A stretch of DNA of 64,000 bases from NCBI GenBank assembly GCA_030390025.1, contig CM059429.1:80538001-80602000 (forward strand), read 5' to 3'. Position 1 is the first letter of the stretch, and each line of letters begins with the position of its first letter. This DNA is from Squalus acanthias. Lineage: Eukaryota. The translations under genes were made by a program, and so were the position numbers. This document shows, piece after piece, positions 61,801 through 64,000 of the stretch. The notes beneath the pieces were generated by a model, which was not told the DNA's origin, did no database searches, and saw only the letters and a list, made by a program, of their open reading frames with translations.

Positions 61801-63728
61801 CACAGTAAAGGGTTGAAGATAGAAACAGGTGCACAGTAAGGGATGAGATAGAGACAGGTGCACAGTAAGGGATGAGATAGAGACAGGTGCACAGTAAAGG
61901 GTTGGAGATAGAGACAGGTGCACAGTAAGGGGATAGAGACAGGTGCACAGTAAGGGGTTGGAGATAGAGACAGGTGCACAGTAAAGGGTTGGAGATAGAG
62001 ACAGGTGCACAGTAAGGGGTTAGAGATAGAGACAGGTGCACAGTAAGGGGTTAGAGATAGAGACAGGTGCACAGTAAGGGGTTAGAGGTAAGGACAGATG
62101 CACAGTAAGGGGTTAGTGATGTTGGTTGGGGTATGAATGTGGGGCACGACATCTTGTTATTCTTCCAATAGTGCCGTGAGATCCTTTACCCCTTGAACAG
62201 GCAGACGGGGCCTCGCTTTAATGTCTCTTCTGAAAGTCGGCCCCTCAGACAGTGAAGCGTGCTCTCAGTACTGCACTGAAGTGTCAGCCTGGACTATGTG
62301 CTCAAGTCTCTGGAATGGGACTTGAGCCCACGGCCTTCTATTTCAGAGGCGAGAGTGCTACCAACTGAGCCACGGCTGACACCAATATATAGACACCACA
62401 GATACCTAGGCAGGTATACAGTAAGAGGAATGTTCCTGTTCATTTTTTGGGGGGCTGTGCGGCCCATTTAAATTACCGCGCAGGCGCGGTTTTTTGCACT
62501 GAAAAGCTGGCGAGCTGGCTGTGTGGGAGGTCCAGAGCGTTGTGTGGGAGTCCAGAGCGCTGTGTGGGAGATCCAGAGCACTGTGTGGCCACGCAGCTTA
62601 AAGGGAACTTTGAGTAAGAGTTGTTAGTCAATCATGCACCACCTTTCTTAATATAAGTTGTGTTGAGGCCTGTCAAATCAGACACGATTACTTCTATATG
62701 TGTATATAAAAATCAATTTAATCTTTATTTGTGACATGCTTGAAGTATTCCTGCAAAACCACTACATTGACCATAGCAGTCAGGGCTGGTTTGGATACAC
62801 TGGTTATCTCTATCCGGGGAGCGGGGCCAGCCAATGTCTTTCCTCCGTGGAGGATTCACCTCAACTCCCAGCCTCGGTGCAGACCCTCTCCCTTGATACC
62901 CTTTCTTATCACTGTTAGCCGAGAGTCAGCATCCTGCTCCCAAAGCAACTCCCCTTTGTCTCCCAGGTTATTACAAGGCCGCCATGTTAGAGGAAATGGT
63001 TCCCTTTTGCTGAATTAACACTGGATATCCTTGCAATTTGTATCAGCGTGTACCAGTTCCCCATCACACCGCACATTTTTCCTACAGTTAACGGTCGTTC
63101 AATCATGTGAATCTAGCATCCATGAATCTGGTTACTATTCATTCTTAGGAACCTGTCAACTTTCAAGTCTGCCTGCATCCTCCTGTGGTGCAATATTTCA
63201 TTGCAAAGACAAACCCTACTTGCTTACCCAACCTCAACGCTCTCTCATCCTCAAACCACAGAGTCCACTTCCTTATCCATTAACTCACTCAAAGACGGTC
63301 TGTTTAGACATTTCCTTACTCAGAACTGCAGAACAGTAATTAGGCATTGAGTAGTTACTGCAAGACGTTGTGGCTTATAGATCAGATCATGTTTGATAAA
63401 TAAAAGTTAAAATTTGCACTTATGTAAAACAAAGCATAGCAATGCTAAACTAGCAGGAGTCCTAATTATCAATCAGGTCAGCCAGATTTGTGCTGCTAAT
63501 CTGATTAAGTCTTTCCATTCTGGTCCATTACCTTCTCCAACGTTACTATCCATCAGAGCCGAGGTCTGGAGTAAGTTCACTGTACCTTAATCTTACTTTC
63601 TTCAGTAGCCATAGTCCCATCAGTCACGAGACCAGAGGTCATGACCTTCTCCAGGAAATGACTGAGTTTCTCCTGATCATGATCGCTGTTGGATCCCGAT
63701 GTTTCTATCAAGATGTAAAATGGTGCCT
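58577..63728 (-). CDS. D2HGDH: D-2-hydroxyglutarate dehydrogenase, 3' part (last three coding exons; gene continues beyond the window end)
   Basis: Exons 63586-63728 (143 nt), 59106-59271 (166 nt) and 58577-58839 join in frame. Motifs include [33 protein letters not shown] and [11 protein letters not shown]. Confidence 0.95.
59106..59271 (-). CDS. D2HGDH: D2HGDH penultimate coding exon ([27 protein letters not shown]...GYGHLG)
   Basis: Acceptor cttttcctgaag, donor gtgaga; 166 nt. Confidence 0.94.
59931..60266 (-). mobile_element. Penelope-like 3'/pLTR fragment in a D2HGDH intron
   Basis: 14-bp direct repeat ACAGATAGATGGAC at 59917-59930 and 60267-60280; shares sequence with 1425-1580. Confidence 0.8.
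59993..60028 (-). ncRNA. Minimal hammerhead ribozyme motif (Penelope-associated)
   Basis: Minus strand reads AGUU-CUGACGA-AGG-guuucga-CCU-GAAA-UG-UU-AACU. Confidence 0.55.
60286..60445. mobile_element. MITE with imperfect TIRs
   Basis: GGGGGCCCAATTGTAACCTAACCC ... GGGTTGGGTTAAAATTGCCCC; internal semi-palindrome. Confidence 0.6.
61296..62115. repeat. 31-bp minisatellite (AGAGACAGGTGCACAGTAAAGGGTT(A/G)GAGAT) in a D2HGDH intron
   Basis: About 26 tandem units. Confidence 0.96.
62113..62381 (-). mobile_element. DeuSINE 5' part
   Basis: Reverse complement of the tRNA head and Deu core. Confidence 0.85.
62428..62612. mobile_element. hAT-type MITE
   Basis: Imperfect TIRs GAATGTTCC / GGGAACTTTG; perfect 8-bp TSD AGTAAGAG at 62420-62427 and 62613-62620; internal 20-bp tandem repeats. 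Confidence 0.75.
63586..63728 (-). CDS. D2HGDH: D2HGDH third-from-last coding exon ([47 protein letters not shown])
   Basis: Acceptor cttcttccag, donor gtacag; 143 nt. Confidence 0.94.
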
Positions 63729-64000
63729 CTGGAAGAAGGTAAATGAGAGAATCTACAGTCAGCAGCAGTGACATTATCGGAGAGCGAGAAGGAGGGAAAG
63801 AGACTGACTGAGGGAAGTAAAGAGAAATACACCATGTGTACAATGAAAATGAAAACATGGAAGGGAGGATGATATGGGGGGAGAGAGAAAATGGACAAGG
63901 AAAGTGGAAAGGAGGAGAAAAAGAGTGGAGAAAGAAATGGAGAGTGCGGAGATTGAGAGGTATTCTGATGAGAGAGAAATAAAGAAAAGACAGGTCTGAT

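Noticed and set aside
61296-62115. CRISPR-like regular 31-bp repeats
   Set aside because: Head-to-tail units without unique spacers, in a eukaryotic intron; a minisatellite.

Overview
Vertebrate nuclear DNA, most likely from a shark or other cartilaginous fish. This is inferred from the repeat set: SacSINE1/DeuSINE-like tRNA SINEs, abundant CR1 and L2 LINEs, and Penelope-like elements. Three protein-coding loci are visible. (1) A complete 8-exon ING5 on the + strand (CDS 9193-25629, 239 aa). (2) A very GC-rich, divergent FBXO45-like coding exon on the - strand (42231-42806); it lacks the intron expected after 'YKAK', and its last exon is not found next to a 200-N assembly gap. (3) The last three coding exons of D2HGDH on the - strand (58577-63728), convergent with ING5. 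The rest is a dense, often nested mix of CR1/L2 LINEs, SINEs, two copies of a ~1.3-1.4 kb solo LTR, MITEs, Penelope-like fragments and six tandem-repeat arrays, five of them G/purine-rich on the + strand. Two Penelope-like fragments keep a full minimal hammerhead ribozyme core; one lies in the sense direction inside a D2HGDH intron. Most long ORFs in the supplied track are translations of repeats, not genes. Comparisons with human proteins, exon sizes and gene order are from memory, not from a search.
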